Assembly (NCBI RefSeq): GCF_009914755.1 | Contig: NC_060925.1 | DNA from: the human T2T-CHM13v2.0 reference genome, Homo sapiens | Strand: one strand, 5' to 3' | DNA: 64,000 nt | Shown here: piece by piece, positions 44,735 through 60,442 of the stretch | Layout of the letters: every line of letters begins with the position of its first letter | How positions within the stretch are numbered: position 1 is the first letter of the stretch | The notes under the pieces: model-generated | What the model saw: only the letters and a program-made list of their open reading frames with translations | Told to the model about the DNA's origin: nothing | Databases searched by the model: none | Program-made: the position numbers and the translations under genes

Positions 44735-46265
44735 TGATTTTCTAATCGCTGAAGTTTTTTTACATTGATGACAAATTTCCTCATTATTAAATTCTCCAGC
44801 AGTTTTTCAATTTTACATTGTAGTATTCTCATTTTAACTCTTATTTTCGGCTTCTAATCTCTGTATAACTTTTACCATCAGAAGGGGGGTGGTAAATACG
44901 CTTCCACTTTCAGACTAACCGATGAACAGGTGACAACTGCCTACTAGGAAGAATTTGAAGCTGTATCTATACATCTTAATTTCTTAAAGTATCACCTCCC
45001 AGAAGTTCTCTAACAGAAATAGTCGCTTTTTCCCATTTGCACAGCAAAGCAACTTGCATAATCCTTTATCATAACACATATCACATCCTACTCTAAGTTT
45101 AATTTGCATGACAATCTAGCTCATTAGAGAAGCTTTGAGCTGGAGTCTGCACTGTCACCTCTCTGTTCCCTGTTCCCTAGCCCATTGCCTAGCCCACAGA
45201 AGCCACTCAACAAGTGCTTTTGAATAACTGAATAAACTAAAAAATGGATGAATATATACCAAATTATCTACAGCTTTGATGTCTAGGCTTAAATTTTTTG
45301 ACAGTTTGATAAAGGAATTTGATCAGAAAAAAAGGCTGTTTAACAGTATACCATTATATTGATCATCAAAAAATATATTGATTTGACTTAAAATTTAAAT
45401 AAAGATGCCTCCATATTTGTGATATTTCTGTTGAGAAGAAGGAAAAAAAACTTAATTTCCAGAAATACCAGCTTCCTCCAGCACAACCTTCTGAGAGGAA
45501 TGAGCAAAATGATGCAAATGGACACAGTAAATGCTATTTTATCAATTATTATATTTTATACCATTTCAAAATCACAATATTTGGAGATCAGAAATCGTAT
45601 TTTACTTTTTTGTACATACTTTATAGGAACTAATAAAAGATTCCAGAAAATGTGACAAATTCAGAAAATGCTTGTTAACTTGCCTCAATACACTGGCCAT
45701 TCTCTTTGATTTATTGCCCCACTTTTCTTTAAAAAAATAAAAATATAGGGTGAGGGTTTGATAATTATTGGGTGATAATCATGGTAAAAACAAATAGATA
45801 AAGGATATCTTCTCGGATCTGCTTTGTTTCCGATTAAATAATTATATTACTTATAATTATAATTGTTAATATAATTATAAATTATCAATGCTTGATCATT
45901 TGTAGTATCAACAAAGCTACTAGCAAAGTCACTACCATACACACACACACACAACGGAGACAGCAGCCATTTGGCTATGTGTCAGACTCATTTGGTTGGA
46001 GGAACTTTGGATTTATCTGCAGGCAGATTTATGAGAAGTATTTTGGAGCATTACCTATAATTAAAAGCTAGCATCTCTTTGTTTCATTGTCTTAAATGTG
46101 CAGCTATCTATATCAGAAACAGATAACACAGTTTACTTCAAATAATTATCATGAAATCTAAAAATAAAAAAGGAGAACAATTGATTGACCCCATTGCATA
46201 ACTTGCTATAACATTTTCAGGTTTTGATTGTGTGTGTTTGTGTAGGTGTGTGTTGAGTTTTCATA

Positions 46266-46612
46266 TGCTATGTCCTGAATGTTTATGTTCTCCCAAAATT
46301 CATATGTTGACATTTTAACCCCCAGGTTGATAGTGTTAGGGAATGGGGACTTTGGGAGGATAATTAGTTTATGAGAGTTAAGTAATGGCCATATGAAAGA
46401 GGCCCAAAAATGACCCCTCATATCTTTTGTCATGTGAGAACACAGTGAGAAGGCACCATCTATGAAGCAGAAAGCAAACTCTCATCAGACACCGAATCTG
46501 CTAGCACCTTGATCTTGGACTTCCCAGCCTCCAAAACTTTGGGAAATAAATTTCTGTTTTTATAAGCTACCCAGTCTATGATATGTTATAGCAGCCCAAA
46601 TGAACTAGGACA
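46266..46612 (+). mobile_element. MLT1A0-like solo LTR
   Basis: tgctatg...cccaaaattcatatgttg...gcaccttgatcttggacttcccagcctcc...gcagcccaaatgaactaggaca. Confidence 0.88.
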
Positions 46613-47185
46613 CAGCATGTTTTTGCCACTTTCATGAGAAATTTCAAATTCGTTTATTTAAATTTCACATTGCATTATATTTTTTTCTAATAATTTTATA
46701 ACAAGAAAATATTAAAACTACTAGTCGCTTTTGACTTTACACATTGCTATATAAGTGTATGTGTGTATATATAGGTATACATATATATATTTAAATCAGA
46801 AATATAGTTGAATTGTTCTTTCATAATAGAGTGTATTTTGAACTTCTTCAAAGTAGTTCTAAATTATTCAAGTATATTTGTTACTTGTGATTATATACTT
46901 GAAGGCCACTAAATATAATATCTCCTATACATCTTTCAAGTAAGGTTAAGTAGAGCAAATTTTGAAGCAAATTTCCAGTGACAATTCTGATTTTGCACAT
47001 CATCTGTAGCTCAAACTTAGCAAAGTAAATATAATTTGATTTTAAAGGAAGAACAAATTTCATGAATACTTATTTTATTTTACTTAAATTTCTTAAAAAA
47101 TTACAAAAAAGGGAAGTACAACATTGTTTTCCACTGGGAGTCACTTGATCATATGAGTGCAACCTTCAAAACGTCTATAGGCATT

Positions 47186-47269
47186 CTATCAGTGATCTCA
47201 GAAGTCACATTCTCGAAGCTACATTTCCTATCAGTGATCTCAGAAGTCACATTCTCAAAGCTACATTTC
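47186..47269. repeat. 42-bp tandem duplication
   Basis: Two copies differing at one CpG position. Confidence 0.95.
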
Positions 47270-48069
47270 TTTTCTTTTTTTTTTTTTAATCTTATTTTCA
47301 ACACACCCTCTGTGGCAAATATATCTACCCCTCTTCACAAAGGTTCAATAATCAACTTTTGCACCTCTCCAAAATATAAAATAAAATAGAAATTTACACC
47401 TTTAAGTCAGATGATGAATTTACTCTGAAAATATCTATTTTTTTCTATCAAAACCCAATTCAAAATGTCAATCATTAATGCAAAAAAAGTTAGTTGACTC
47501 ATTTTTTGCAGTATATATTATAATTCATAATTTTTTTTCTGTTAGGTTTTATATTACGCATTGTAATAATTTAAGAAGTTTTAGATATTTAGTGATTTAA
47601 TTTTGTTATTCTGTGTGCCTTACTTAAAATACTGAGATAACTTTCAATGGAAGTTTTTCCTTTAAAAGATTTCAAATCTTAATTTATGACCTTTTTAATC
47701 CCATTTTCTTCTCTTTTATTTTTTAAATTGACATTGGCATTTTGTCATAATCATTTTTTAAATAATCTTAATAATCTCAATGTACAATTGTAGGAAAATA
47801 ATGACATTTACCCACTGTCTTTCCAGGACACGATAGTACCTTTAATATTTGTTGCACAGTTATTTTTCAGCTATTACATTTGTCACCAATCCCCTGCCTT
47901 TCTAAAATTCTTTTTTATTCTGTATGTAAGGTAGGATTTAATGTCCCTGGCTTTGTAAACTTGTCAAAGACTATAGTAAACACTCTCTTTGAACAACCTA
48001 ATTCTTATATTGCATTCCACCAGGAGCTCAAAGCATGAATGTAACAATTATAACTACTCACTGAAAAAC

Positions 48070-48228
48070 TTTTTTTTTCTCTTTGAGACAAGGTCTTCCT
48101 CTGTGACCCGAGGTGCAGTGCAGTGGCTCTATCACAGCTCACTGCAGCCTCAACATCCCTGGCTCAAGCAATCTTCTCACATCAAACCCCTGAGTACCTG
48201 GGACCCAGGCATAAACCACCACATCTGA
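48070..48228 (-). mobile_element. AluJ right arm / FRAM
   Basis: atcacagctcactgcagcctcaac...ggctcaagcaatc, single arm only. Confidence 0.85.
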
Positions 48229-48516
48229 TCTGAAAAGTAAACATGTCTTCCTATATGGTCTTTATTTCTGTATGTATATCACTATTTGTATTTATTATTT
48301 TTAATAAGAAAAATGTAAAAGTTCACAATACAATAGTTGCATACATGATTCCAAGGTGAGTAGAACATATAGATTCTACTTAGAATAGACACACCTCTTA
48401 CCCATGTGATTGCTATGACATCCTAGAAAAATAATTGGACTTTACTTTGATTCATGTTTGTGTTCTGACTTGTCTAATTACCAGCAAGATAATCTGTTCT
48501 TAGAACACATCTGTGG

Positions 48517-48890
48517 GGCTATTTTGTCAATGTTTGTGGTCCCCTAAATTTTTATGTTGAAACTTAATCACCAACGTGATGGTGTTGGGAGGTGGAGCCT
48601 TTGGGAAGGTTATTAGATCATGACAGTGGGTCCCTAATAAATGGTATTAGTACCCTTATATGCCCTTATAGAATAAACCCAAAGGAGCTGATTCACTCCT
48701 TTTACCATAGAAGGACAGAGTAAGAAGGCTCCATCTATGAACCAGGAAATGGGCTCACACCAGACACTGAATCTGCACCCTGCTAGATCTTGAATTTCCC
48801 CAGCCTTCAGATCTGTGAGAAATAAAATTCTGTTGTTTATAAGCTACCAGTTTATGATATTTGTTAGAGCATCCATAACAGATTATGACA
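48517..48890 (+). mobile_element. MLT1A0-like solo LTR
   Basis: Same motif series as the LTR at 46266-46612. Confidence 0.85.
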
Positions 48891-50368
48891 AGGGCTCAGA
48901 CTTACTCGACTTTACAATACAGAAACTCTGAGAAGTTGTTTATCCTGTTGGTAATTAGACAAATGAGAACACCAACACAAATCAAAGTAAAGTGCAATAA
49001 TTTTTCTAGGATGCCATAGGAATCACATAAATAAGAGAAGGTGTGTCCGTACTAAGTGGTATCTATATGTTCTACTCACCTTGGACTGTGCTAATAAAAG
49101 TGTCTAATGTATAGGAAGACCTCATAAATACTAAAAATTATAGCTGATACTAACTTCATTAGGTAATTAATATACTAATAAATTGTTAGATAAATAATAA
49201 GAAGCCCTTAAAACATGTAACCTAAATCATTTTACGAAAGGGCCTTGTCATTATTTACTGAATATGCATGTAATTGATCCAAATACAGAAATGCACATTG
49301 CGTATCTGAGAGCTTATGTCACACTTTTACTCTTCACTTATATTGCCCTTAATTTACTGCCTTACGCTACTACTTCTTCAACCTAAGGTAATAATTTATA
49401 TAAATCTATAATATAAAATGGACCCTTTTAGTAGTGCTGGTTATAACTAATATATGAAATATTAATATTGTTATTAGTCAAATAATTAATTTTCTTTTAG
49501 CCCCAGGAAATTACTGTAGTTTTTTTCAGGATGGAGACTATTTTTAATTTATTGCAATCATTTTACTAAGGTATCAATATTGTACACTCTTTCTCCCTAA
49601 TATTTTCCATATTCAATGGAATGAATAAATTCATTTTTTCTGTTGTATAAGTAATTAAAATAAGCTTTAATTTGAATAAAAATCTTAGACATTTAGAAAG
49701 CACTAAACAAAGAGTTATTTACTTATTTTCTCAATTTAATACTGGTTTAAAAATTACTTTCCATTTTATTTGTAAGACCCTATATATTAAGAAGAAAATG
49801 GACCAATTTCATTTTTCAGTTTGGAAGCTAAACTATGTTTATTAATCCTCAACTTTAATATATTTACTTCAACAGTGTCATCCTTTGTTTTTATAATATT
49901 ATTCACTGCAAGTGAGTAAAAATACCTTTTCATATCCTTATCTGAAATTAATGTTTCCCTGAGGATCATCTAATCTATTTGTCCATTTTGAGGTCTTTTA
50001 TAACACGAATTTATTTACTAATGTTGACTTAATGATTACTAGTGTTGGACATAGTAGAAGCTACCCAAGCAATGTCAACATTTAGGAGCAAAATCTGGAA
50101 ATAATATTAATATATATTATAGTATAATATGATTTTTATATGTATAATTTTAAATATAGACAATATATAATTAGTTCCTACATGTCCATAATTTAAATGT
50201 CTCAATTACATACACAATTACATGAGCAGCCATTTTAAAAATAAGTAATACTAATGGTAAATATATTTTCAAACATATTCAATCTTCTAAAAATGAACAG
50301 TTTATAATTTTTTTCTTGCACACTTAATGCACACATGCATACACAATCCCTCATCTCCCACATACACA

Positions 50369-50370
<2 letters not shown>

Positions 50371-50442
<72 letters not shown>
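50371..50442. repeat. Compound (CT)n(AT)n microsatellite at an Alu tail
   Basis: Seen directly. Confidence 0.95.
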
Positions 50443-50443
<1 letters not shown>

Positions 50444-50448
<5 letters not shown>

Positions 50449-50748
50449 TTTTTTTTTGAGACGGAGTCTTGCTCTGTTCCCCAGGCTGGAGTGTGGGGTG
50501 CAGTGGCGCGATCTCGGCTCACTACAACTTCCGCCTCCCTGGTTCAAGCAATTATCCTGCCTCAGCCTCCTGAGTAGCTGGGACTACGGGGGCACGCCGC
50601 CACGCCCGGCTAATTTTTTTGTATTTTTAGTAGAGACGGGGTTTCACCTTGTTGCCCAAGCTGGTTTCAAACTCCTGAGCTCAGTCAGTCTGCCCGCCTC
50701 AGCCTCCCAAAGTGCTAGGATTACAGGCGTGAGCCTCCACGCCCGGCC
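50444..50748 (-). mobile_element. AluS (Sg7-like) with a 7-bp internal duplication
   Basis: ctcctgagctcag diagnostic and tggagtg-tggggtg duplication. Confidence 0.9.
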
Positions 50749-51779
50749 CACACATTCTTAAAAAAGATGTTGAGATATATACTTTAACAAAGTTGAAGAC
50801 CAACATGACAATATGTACAAAGAGTTTTAGAAATATCACTAATTTTAATTCTAGTAAAGCTACCAACTCATCCAATAAAAATAGTCTTAGCATAAATGCC
50901 TTCAAAGTATTAAAAATCTAGTATGTTCAGTGCTGTCTTATTTGTGATCACATAAGTAGCAAATAAGCTTAATGTTCAAGATAGAAGATAAATAAAACAT
51001 TGTTTATGTATAGAGCTTCAGATATCACATTTTCAAAACTGCCTAAAAATAAGATATTGTACATAATCATAATATAATTGTAAGTAAAAAAGGCAAGAAG
51101 TAAAACTCTGTGAAGTAGAACATTAACTTTTCTAAATATGCATGTACATTTATGTCTAAATACGTAGACAATAAAAATACTACATTTTTTAGAGTAGATG
51201 CTACCAGGTGATATTCACATTTTTAAATTCACTAAATTGTATTTCTCTGTATGTATTACATTTACAATTAGAAAGAAATACATATTGCCAAAAAGACTAA
51301 AAAGGTATGTATTTTATATTCGAAAAGATAGTGACATGTAAAATATACATAAATTAAATAGAACAGTAAGAATTTTTGTTAAGCTGAATTTAAATCAGTT
51401 TTTACAAGTAAACCTCTGCGTAAAAGGTGTATATAAAATGAAAAGATACAGTGGACAACAAAAGAGAATAGGCAGTCCACCAAAGTTATACTTTAAATAA
51501 CTATAGTATAAATAACTAGTAAAAATGAGGAAATTGTTCATAATTGTAAAAACTCAAAAAAAAAACATGTTAAATGTTTACCTCCAAATTTGACAAAGAT
51601 TATGTAAAACATGCGTACTACACAATGTTAAAGGGGTAAAATGAAATGGGAAGTCTAATGCACTACAGTTGAGAGCTAAAATAAGATGGTATTTCTATAG
51701 AAAAAAATTTCAAAATGAAGAGTTTGCCTTTAAAAATACAGATATGTATATAAGTATGTATGTTTTCTATACATGGAGA

Positions 51780-52374
<595 letters not shown>

Positions 52375-53029
52375 TAGAATCCATTTTAAATTTAGAGGAA
52401 ACAGATCTGTTTAAAGAAGGATCAAAATGCCCATGTAAGGAAGAATAGTTGGAAATGTAGACTGGCTTCATATCTCCAGAGTTTTAATATCTTACTAAAA
52501 TCCACAATCAATCCCACTCTAGTCTTTGCTGAGCACTGTTTATCTTTTATTTGTTTAAAACCTATTTGCATGACCATTCATTGATTTTCCCATGACTGCA
52601 CCAAAACTGTCCAGGTATATTTTGCATACTAGAGAGCAACAAAAACAAAATAAATGAAGAATCTATGGAAATAATATGTAAAAATTGACATTTTTATTAT
52701 GTCATTTTGTAAAAGTTATTTATAGTTTAAAGAGATATCTCTCACTCTCTTCCTTTTCTGTCTCACCTCCGGGAATTAGAATCTTCCTTTCCCTCAAGCA
52801 CAACTATATTTTTTGAAGCAGAGGTTCAAAAGAATATTGCTTGGAAAATGTGTTCTCCTTCCAGTCTGTCCAGATTGTCCTCCTTCCTAAATCAGTTTCA
52901 TTTTGGGGATTCCATTTATTCAGGAGAAGTCCACTCCCTATCTATAGAACTGTGAATTTACTCTGTGACAACTTCATGGCAATTTATGAAAATATTGGAC
53001 AAGAAGTCTAGTATCTTAACATAAAAGGA

Positions 53030-54280
53030 ATACACCAAAACCAGATGTATTTTTATAGCCATGATCACATAGATTTATACAGTATTATTTACTGAGGTAA
53101 ATAATTGGAAACCAGCTAAATATCCAACAACAAAAAAATAAACTATGTGCAGCCATAAGATGAAATATCAATATATTAAAAATAAGTTTTTGAAGTTATA
53201 GTGCCAGAAGTTTTTTTAACAAGTATACTGTAAGTGTGTCTCTGCGTTATGAAATCTACTATACCATATAGGGTTGTTTGTGAGTATACAAATGGAGAAA
53301 TTGAATATGTCTTTGCATGTATAGGACCAAAACAGGTTTCAGAAAACATACTATATTTTTATGGGGGTTATATTTGGTGTCTGGAAATTATGGAAATTAT
53401 GGAAAATTGGGTGTCTGCCTATATTTGGTGTCTGGAAATTATGGATTTTTTTATTATGTTTTTGCATTTTCTACATTATTTTTAACAAGGAAATATTCAG
53501 TAGCTCAAATTAGCTACTCTTATATTTCTGATATAAGGTTGAAAATTTTAAAATAGGCTTTGTGAAACTTAGGCATGAATAAAGTTAGAAATCTGTTGAC
53601 AAAAAAATGTCAGTATCATTCATAATGAGGCAATTACAAAAAGCATAAATATTATTATACATTCAATCTGTCAAACTGAAAATATTAAGAATATTTGTAT
53701 TATCCTATATACATGAAGATGTGGGGCAAAAAAAGCACACTCATGTAAGTGCTGGGGACAGTTAATGGATGCAGCATTACAGAAGGCAGGATGGTGAAAG
53801 AAATACACTTCTGAATGTATATAATCTTTTGCCTAGAAATCCCACTTTAAGGAATTAATAATTTTTCTAATTAAAAATTATGTATAAAGTGATTTACTAA
53901 CTTTAAAGCTGTCACTAATCATAAAAACGTATAAAGATAAATATATATGAATCATCCCTTGACATGTTTTCCCACTAGCAAAAATCTTACATAAAAACAA
54001 TGCAATGCTTCGTACTTATAAAAAATATGTGAAGTAGTAGTTAAGTAAAGAGGTAGAATATCGACCAACATATTTGTTAAGAAAAACATCTGATTTCAGA
54101 ATAAAAAGTAAAATTTAATTTCAATCTTTTATAAAAACAATTATGTAAATTTTTTATCTGCATAGAAAATTAAGAATACACTAAAAATCTTTTGACAGCA
54201 ACTATCTGAGTAGTATTGATTGAGGTCCAGAAATTTTTACTTTCTACTGTTTTGTTTCATGGTATATATACTACCTTTAA
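53030..54280 (+). mobile_element. Highly decayed L1ME-like fragments
   Basis: aattggaaaccagctaaatatccaacaa, atgtgcagccata and cctagaaatcccactttaaggaat. Confidence 0.45.
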
Positions 54281-54321
54281 AATAGTATTATTATAGTTAA
54301 TAATAAGAAGACAACAAACAT

Positions 54322-54705
<384 letters not shown>

Positions 54706-55952
54706 TCAAACATATCATATTCACTGGCATTAAATTTAGAGCTGATTCATTTTTCTTAATTAGTATGCTGAGTATGTTATTGTCTTTTGAGACTGAAAAA
54801 TTATAAATGCCATCTCTTTTTACCAAGGGAATAAACATCTACACATTCATAATAACGACCTGTTTTGTTCAGTCATACTTTTTTACTGTTAGCCTGAGTT
54901 TCACTAAATCCTCCTGTGTAATCTGGATGTTATACAGAATAATAAACATTTTATTGCATTTAATTATTTTGGCAATTGAAAGCTCACTCATGCTTTTCAT
55001 TTTTACTTTTTTTGCTTTTAAAAATCATGATTTTAATCAGTCAGAGGGAATTCTTAACAAGATTTAAGAAACACACCTAAAACACTCATATTCTGGAGGT
55101 AATCAGAATACTTAGAAGAAATTAATACTCCAACCATGAAAAACAAAGGGTCAGCGATGTTGGATAATAGTTAACATATTGGAGGTCAGCTTCAGATATA
55201 AGTCTCAATAATATCCAAAAACTAAACATAAAAATCCTCAAATTTCAATTGAGGGTCGTAGGGTAATTATTACAATATCTTTGTTACATCAATTATTGCA
55301 TAAAAAGAAAGCTATACCAAATCCAGAGTAACATTAAAATTGCAATTATTGGCTACTCTTTGCCACCACCACTAATTTCAAAATAGAAAATGTATGTGGC
55401 AAAATAGTATCTCACTGTGTGTAAATATACTCTACAATTACTTCATTTTCTAAAGAAACTTTCATGAACAGTATGATCCATTACTAAAAATAGGCAAATT
55501 AATGATACAACTTTATACTCTAGAAAATCCTAAACACACACACACACAAACACACACACAAATAAACTCACCAATTCTTCACTTATATCTCAAAGAAAAA
55601 AGGGTATCAATAAACCAGTGACAGTTTCTCCAAACTGATATTTCCTTATTCAGTATCTTTGAATATTAACAGGAAACATTAGCTAAATTTGTTTTCACAT
55701 GAGCTATAGGCACTGCACATAAAAGATAAAATAGGATGACTAACTTCAGTTCTCAAATTAAAGCTTTCCAATCGATCTAATTGTTCTTACTATAATCATT
55801 TCTAGAGTTCCCTTCACTCTGTCCTCTTATTGTAAAATGTAATTTGACTTCTATAATTTGATAACCTACTGCTCACCCTGCCCCTGCCCCTCCAACACAC
55901 AGGCTCACAAAATAACTCTATGTTAAATATGATTTATTTTAACATAAGCATA

Positions 55953-56670
55953 TTATTTTGATGTTCAATTAACAGGACAAGAGGAGATCTAAAATAAGAA
56001 ATAGTTGTGATGTAAAGAATTGCTTTTTATTTCTCACTGCTCTCTTGGGGAAACCCTGACTATTAAAAATAAGTGGCAAAAGAAGTAGCAATTATTTATT
56101 TACTATTTTTGAGGCAATTATTAAGACACAAAAGTACATCTTGTTGACATGAGAATCTCATCTTCTAATCGGGGCTCTAACCTACAGATTCACAAATGAG
56201 TAACTACATCATAGACTCTGGAAACACAGGCAAATTGGAGTGTGTTTGCATGTGTATTTCCATGGGGGTCCTAAATATTCATTGACTGCAAAAAAGTGGG
56301 GAAACTCCTTCCACAAAAGAGGTAGTAACTGAATAAGGATCATAAATCATTCTTTACTATTATTTTTTCCTCTACTGAAAGCAGAAACAATGGTTGCTAG
56401 GCTCCTTCTATAAGGAAAGCAAATTGTTTTCATAGTAATCATCTACATCAGGTATTGATTTCAGAATAAGATTCAATTCTGAAATTAATTGTATCACTTA
56501 GAGATTTTTTAAATTATTGAGCAAAAGTCATTATACATGCCAGCCTTTTATGCCTTTAAAAGAGAGTTAGGAAAAAATGAAAGCCTTTTATTTTGATGTT
56601 CAATTAACAGGATGAGAAGGGATCTAAAATGAGAAATAGTTGCAACCTGAGAGTTGCTTTTTGTTCCTCA
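55953..56670. repeat. Dispersed direct duplication of about 84 bp (55953-56036 and 56588-56670)
   Basis: First 25 bp identical, the remainder alignable. Confidence 0.9.
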
Positions 56671-57399
56671 ATTCTATTTTACTAGCTGAATATATTGTTT
56701 ACAAAATAATAAAGTTAGACCCTAGTGCCTCATCTATTGTCTGGTGTTAAGGTAGCAGCCCTAGAAGAGGAGCTCCTATTAAATATAGGTGTCATTTTTG
56801 TTCTGTATGCACTTCTTTCTATTCCATACAATTTCCTGAGGGATGTGAAAATAAACATACTTAAGAGATTTCACAAGAACAGTACTACTTTAAGGTGATA
56901 TGCTGTAATTTGACCCCACCTGCTAACATTTTTCCTCCAAAAGATATCAGAACTTTTCTTATTGTGTCACTGAGACTTATATTTATATATTGAGCTTTTA
57001 ATCTATAATTGTGACTGTGTCCAGAGCATACATACAATACATAGTATAAATGTATTTAAGCGGAACACTAATCAATTTTTGTTAATTATAACATTTGAAC
57101 TTCACTGAAGCTTTATACCACATATTACAGAAATAAAACTAGAAGTCCAATTAAACAGCAGTAAAGAACCCCTGCCACAAATAATAGTACAGTTTGTGTC
57201 TTATAAGACATGCAGAATGTTTGTCTTAGATAGAACTTTAATATTATTTTATTGTTGGTTAATAGTTTTATTGAGTTATAATCAGGGAGCAAAATGTACA
57301 TTAAATGATTCAATTTGAGAATGTTGTTTGAAAAGCCTTTATGACTTATTATACAGACATGAAGAAAATAGGTATCCTTTACTTCTCATGAACAAGATC

Positions 57400-57443
57400 G
57401 ATCTATCTATCTATCTGTCTGTCTATCTGTCTATCTATCTATC
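57400..57443. repeat. (TCTA/TCTG)n microsatellite
   Basis: Seen directly. Confidence 0.9.
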
Positions 57444-57553
57444 ATCTCCCTCTCTACCTTCATACCTACCTATCTTTTGGACACTCAAAAAGATAGGATC
57501 TTTTGACTGTGCTGTGGACACAGTCACAATTATAGATTAAAAGCTCAATTTGT

Positions 57554-57896
<343 letters not shown>

Positions 57897-58502
57897 TTAT
57901 TAATATAAATAAAATTTTTACTTTTTCTGTTCAATTCTTGTATTTCTACTATTTTAAAGCATTACCTAATCATCTCAGTTTATTTTTTGTTCAACTCTTC
58001 TATTACTTTAATAATTAATTAACTGCTTTATCAGTCTCTGAGAAAGTTGTGGGAAAATGTCTCACTGTCATTGTGGACTTGCTAGTTTCTCCTTTTAATT
58101 ATTACCATTATTTTAGGTATTTCTAGTAGTGATTTTAGTAGACTTTTAGTGGACTTTTTTGCTATTAAACATTACTTTTTACTTCTATAATCATGCAAAG
58201 GAGGGATTACTAAAATCAAAAAGGGAATACTTCTGTAAAATTTACATTTTACTGAAGTAGACAGAAAATAAATAATTAAAACTGATTATTTTGTAATATT
58301 GGGGTTGATATTGTATATAAGAAAAAACAAAGCTAGATAAAACAATAGTCTGTAATGGCAAGACTCTTAGAGGAGGTGACTTTAGAACAGAGTCCTGAGG
58401 GTGCCCAATTGATCAAATAAATCATGTCACAGTGTTCCAGGAAGTAACTGCAAAGGTCTAGAGAGGGAACCCTACAAGCAATGTTCAAGAATTAGAAACA
58501 AG

Positions 58503-58724
58503 GCTATAATCCTAGCACTTTGGGAAGCCAAGGCAGGTGGATCACATGAGCCCAGGAGTTTGAGACAGCCTGGACCACATAGTGAGACCTCATCTATAAA
58601 AAAAGACCAAAAGTAGCCAGGTGTCATGACATGCACCTGTAGCCTTAGCTACTCAGGGGACCAAGATGGGAGGATCACTTGAGCCCAGGAGGTAGAGGTT
58701 GCAGTGCACCGAGATCCTGTCACC
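58503..58724 (+). mobile_element. AluJ, truncated at both ends, in L2-like sequence
   Basis: gagcccaggagtttgag and gggaggatcacttgagcccaggagg. Confidence 0.85.
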
Positions 58725-59034
58725 GTCTTGACTAATGTAAACAATGGGGACAGTGGGATAAACCTGTGAGAGGGAAGAGGCAAGACATGCAGGGATTAAA
58801 TTTTGGTTTTATTCAATTTGGTACTGAAAGCTACCAGTCCAGGTTTAAATCTTCTCTAGTAGATTTATGTGTGTGACTAGGTGTGCTTTTTCCATTCTTT
58901 ATGTTAACATAGCCTAAGTCATTTTGCTTTACATGTCTCTTCTGAAGAGCACCTTGCTGTATATTGTTGTTGTTGTTCTTATCTAACCTGTGATGGCCCA
59001 TTTTTTAAAAATAAGGAAACAGAACCGTGATGGA

Positions 59035-59231
59035 CAAGGTATTCCCTGGACTCAGTTGTGTGAGCTTCAGCAAATTTATTTAAATTATCTAGGCTGTAGT
59101 TTCCTCTTGTATTAAATAAGAATCAGTATAGTACTTATATGAAGGGTTTGCTAGGAGAAGTAAAATATTTACTACATGTAAAGCCTTTAGAATAGTGACT
59201 AGTTTGTGGAAACTGCTAAGTAACTGTTAGC
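59035..59231 (+). mobile_element. MIR
   Basis: tgtgtgagcttcagcaaattt, agtttcctcttgtattaaata and catgtaaagcctttagaatagtg. Confidence 0.7.
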
Positions 59232-60442
59232 ATGTATGATTAAGTGGATTTATTTCATTCACACTTATTGTAATTACAAAATTCTTGCCCCATTCCACAA
59301 GCTCACACAATTATTTGTCATATCTTATTTCGAGTTTTATTTTGCTTTGCTAATTTTATTTTAGCTTTATCTTAGATTAATAGATGTAACTATTTTATTT
59401 CCCTTTACTCACTCAGAAGCTACATATTGTATTTCCGTTCCATTTGTGGTTACCTAATAAAAAATTTCTTGAAATTCTACTGTTAGAAATAAGAAAAGAG
59501 TGTGAGGTGTTTATGAACTACAAGTGTAATGAAAATGTATAAGCAAAATCTTAGTGTCACAGCACTCTTATCTCTACACTAGTAACTATTAGTAGTTAGT
59601 ACACTCAATTATTGTCTCACTCATCCTGATATAATAACCTCTTGTGACATGGACTACTAAAAATAATTCTTAAAACAAGAATTGGGAGAAGTCACAATAA
59701 GATATTCTTTTAATCACTGGCTTGAGATGTTTAAGTCAGTGGCTTAATGATTTGAAATATGCTTTAAGAGTAAATTAATCCCCTTTGCTTCCTGTGTTAA
59801 AAAATTGAAGTTGTAGACTCTGTATATTCTAACTTTGCCCGGAAGAACACATGTCCACAGTATTCTTTAAGGGAGGACACCTGGTCCAAGGAAGTATGCT
59901 ATTTTGAGACAATGGATAAAACTGAATATTTGTTTTGTTCTCCATAGGATTTACCAGTTGCAACTTTTTTTAAGGTTCTAGTGTTGTCTGCTTTAGTTCA
60001 TTGTCCTAAATGAATGGGGTAAATACACTGGAATACCCTGTTTCCTCTAGTGCTGAGAATCCTCCATGTAACTCTAGTTCCAAAAAGAAGAATGTCCAAA
60101 ATCACTATTGTTAATTTTAGCCCAAAGCTTCATTTATTAAAGATAATAGTTTGCAAGTCAGAGAAACCCATTGAAACTATCTTAAATAAAAGAAAATAAT
60201 GTTTTTGATGGGAATACAGGGAGAGTACATGAAACCAAAGGAGAGATAACTTACCATTATTTATTTTTGCTTCTCTCTCACCATCTGCTTCATTCTTCTC
60301 TGACTCCATGGACTGACTTTCTCTGTTTTTAAAATTATATGATGGCATTTCCAGGCATTTACAGATTCTTTCTTCAAAAGGTAAGCACATATTGAAACTG
60401 AAATCTTTTAGTAATAATTCTAAATTCCCAGGGAATGGCCAT

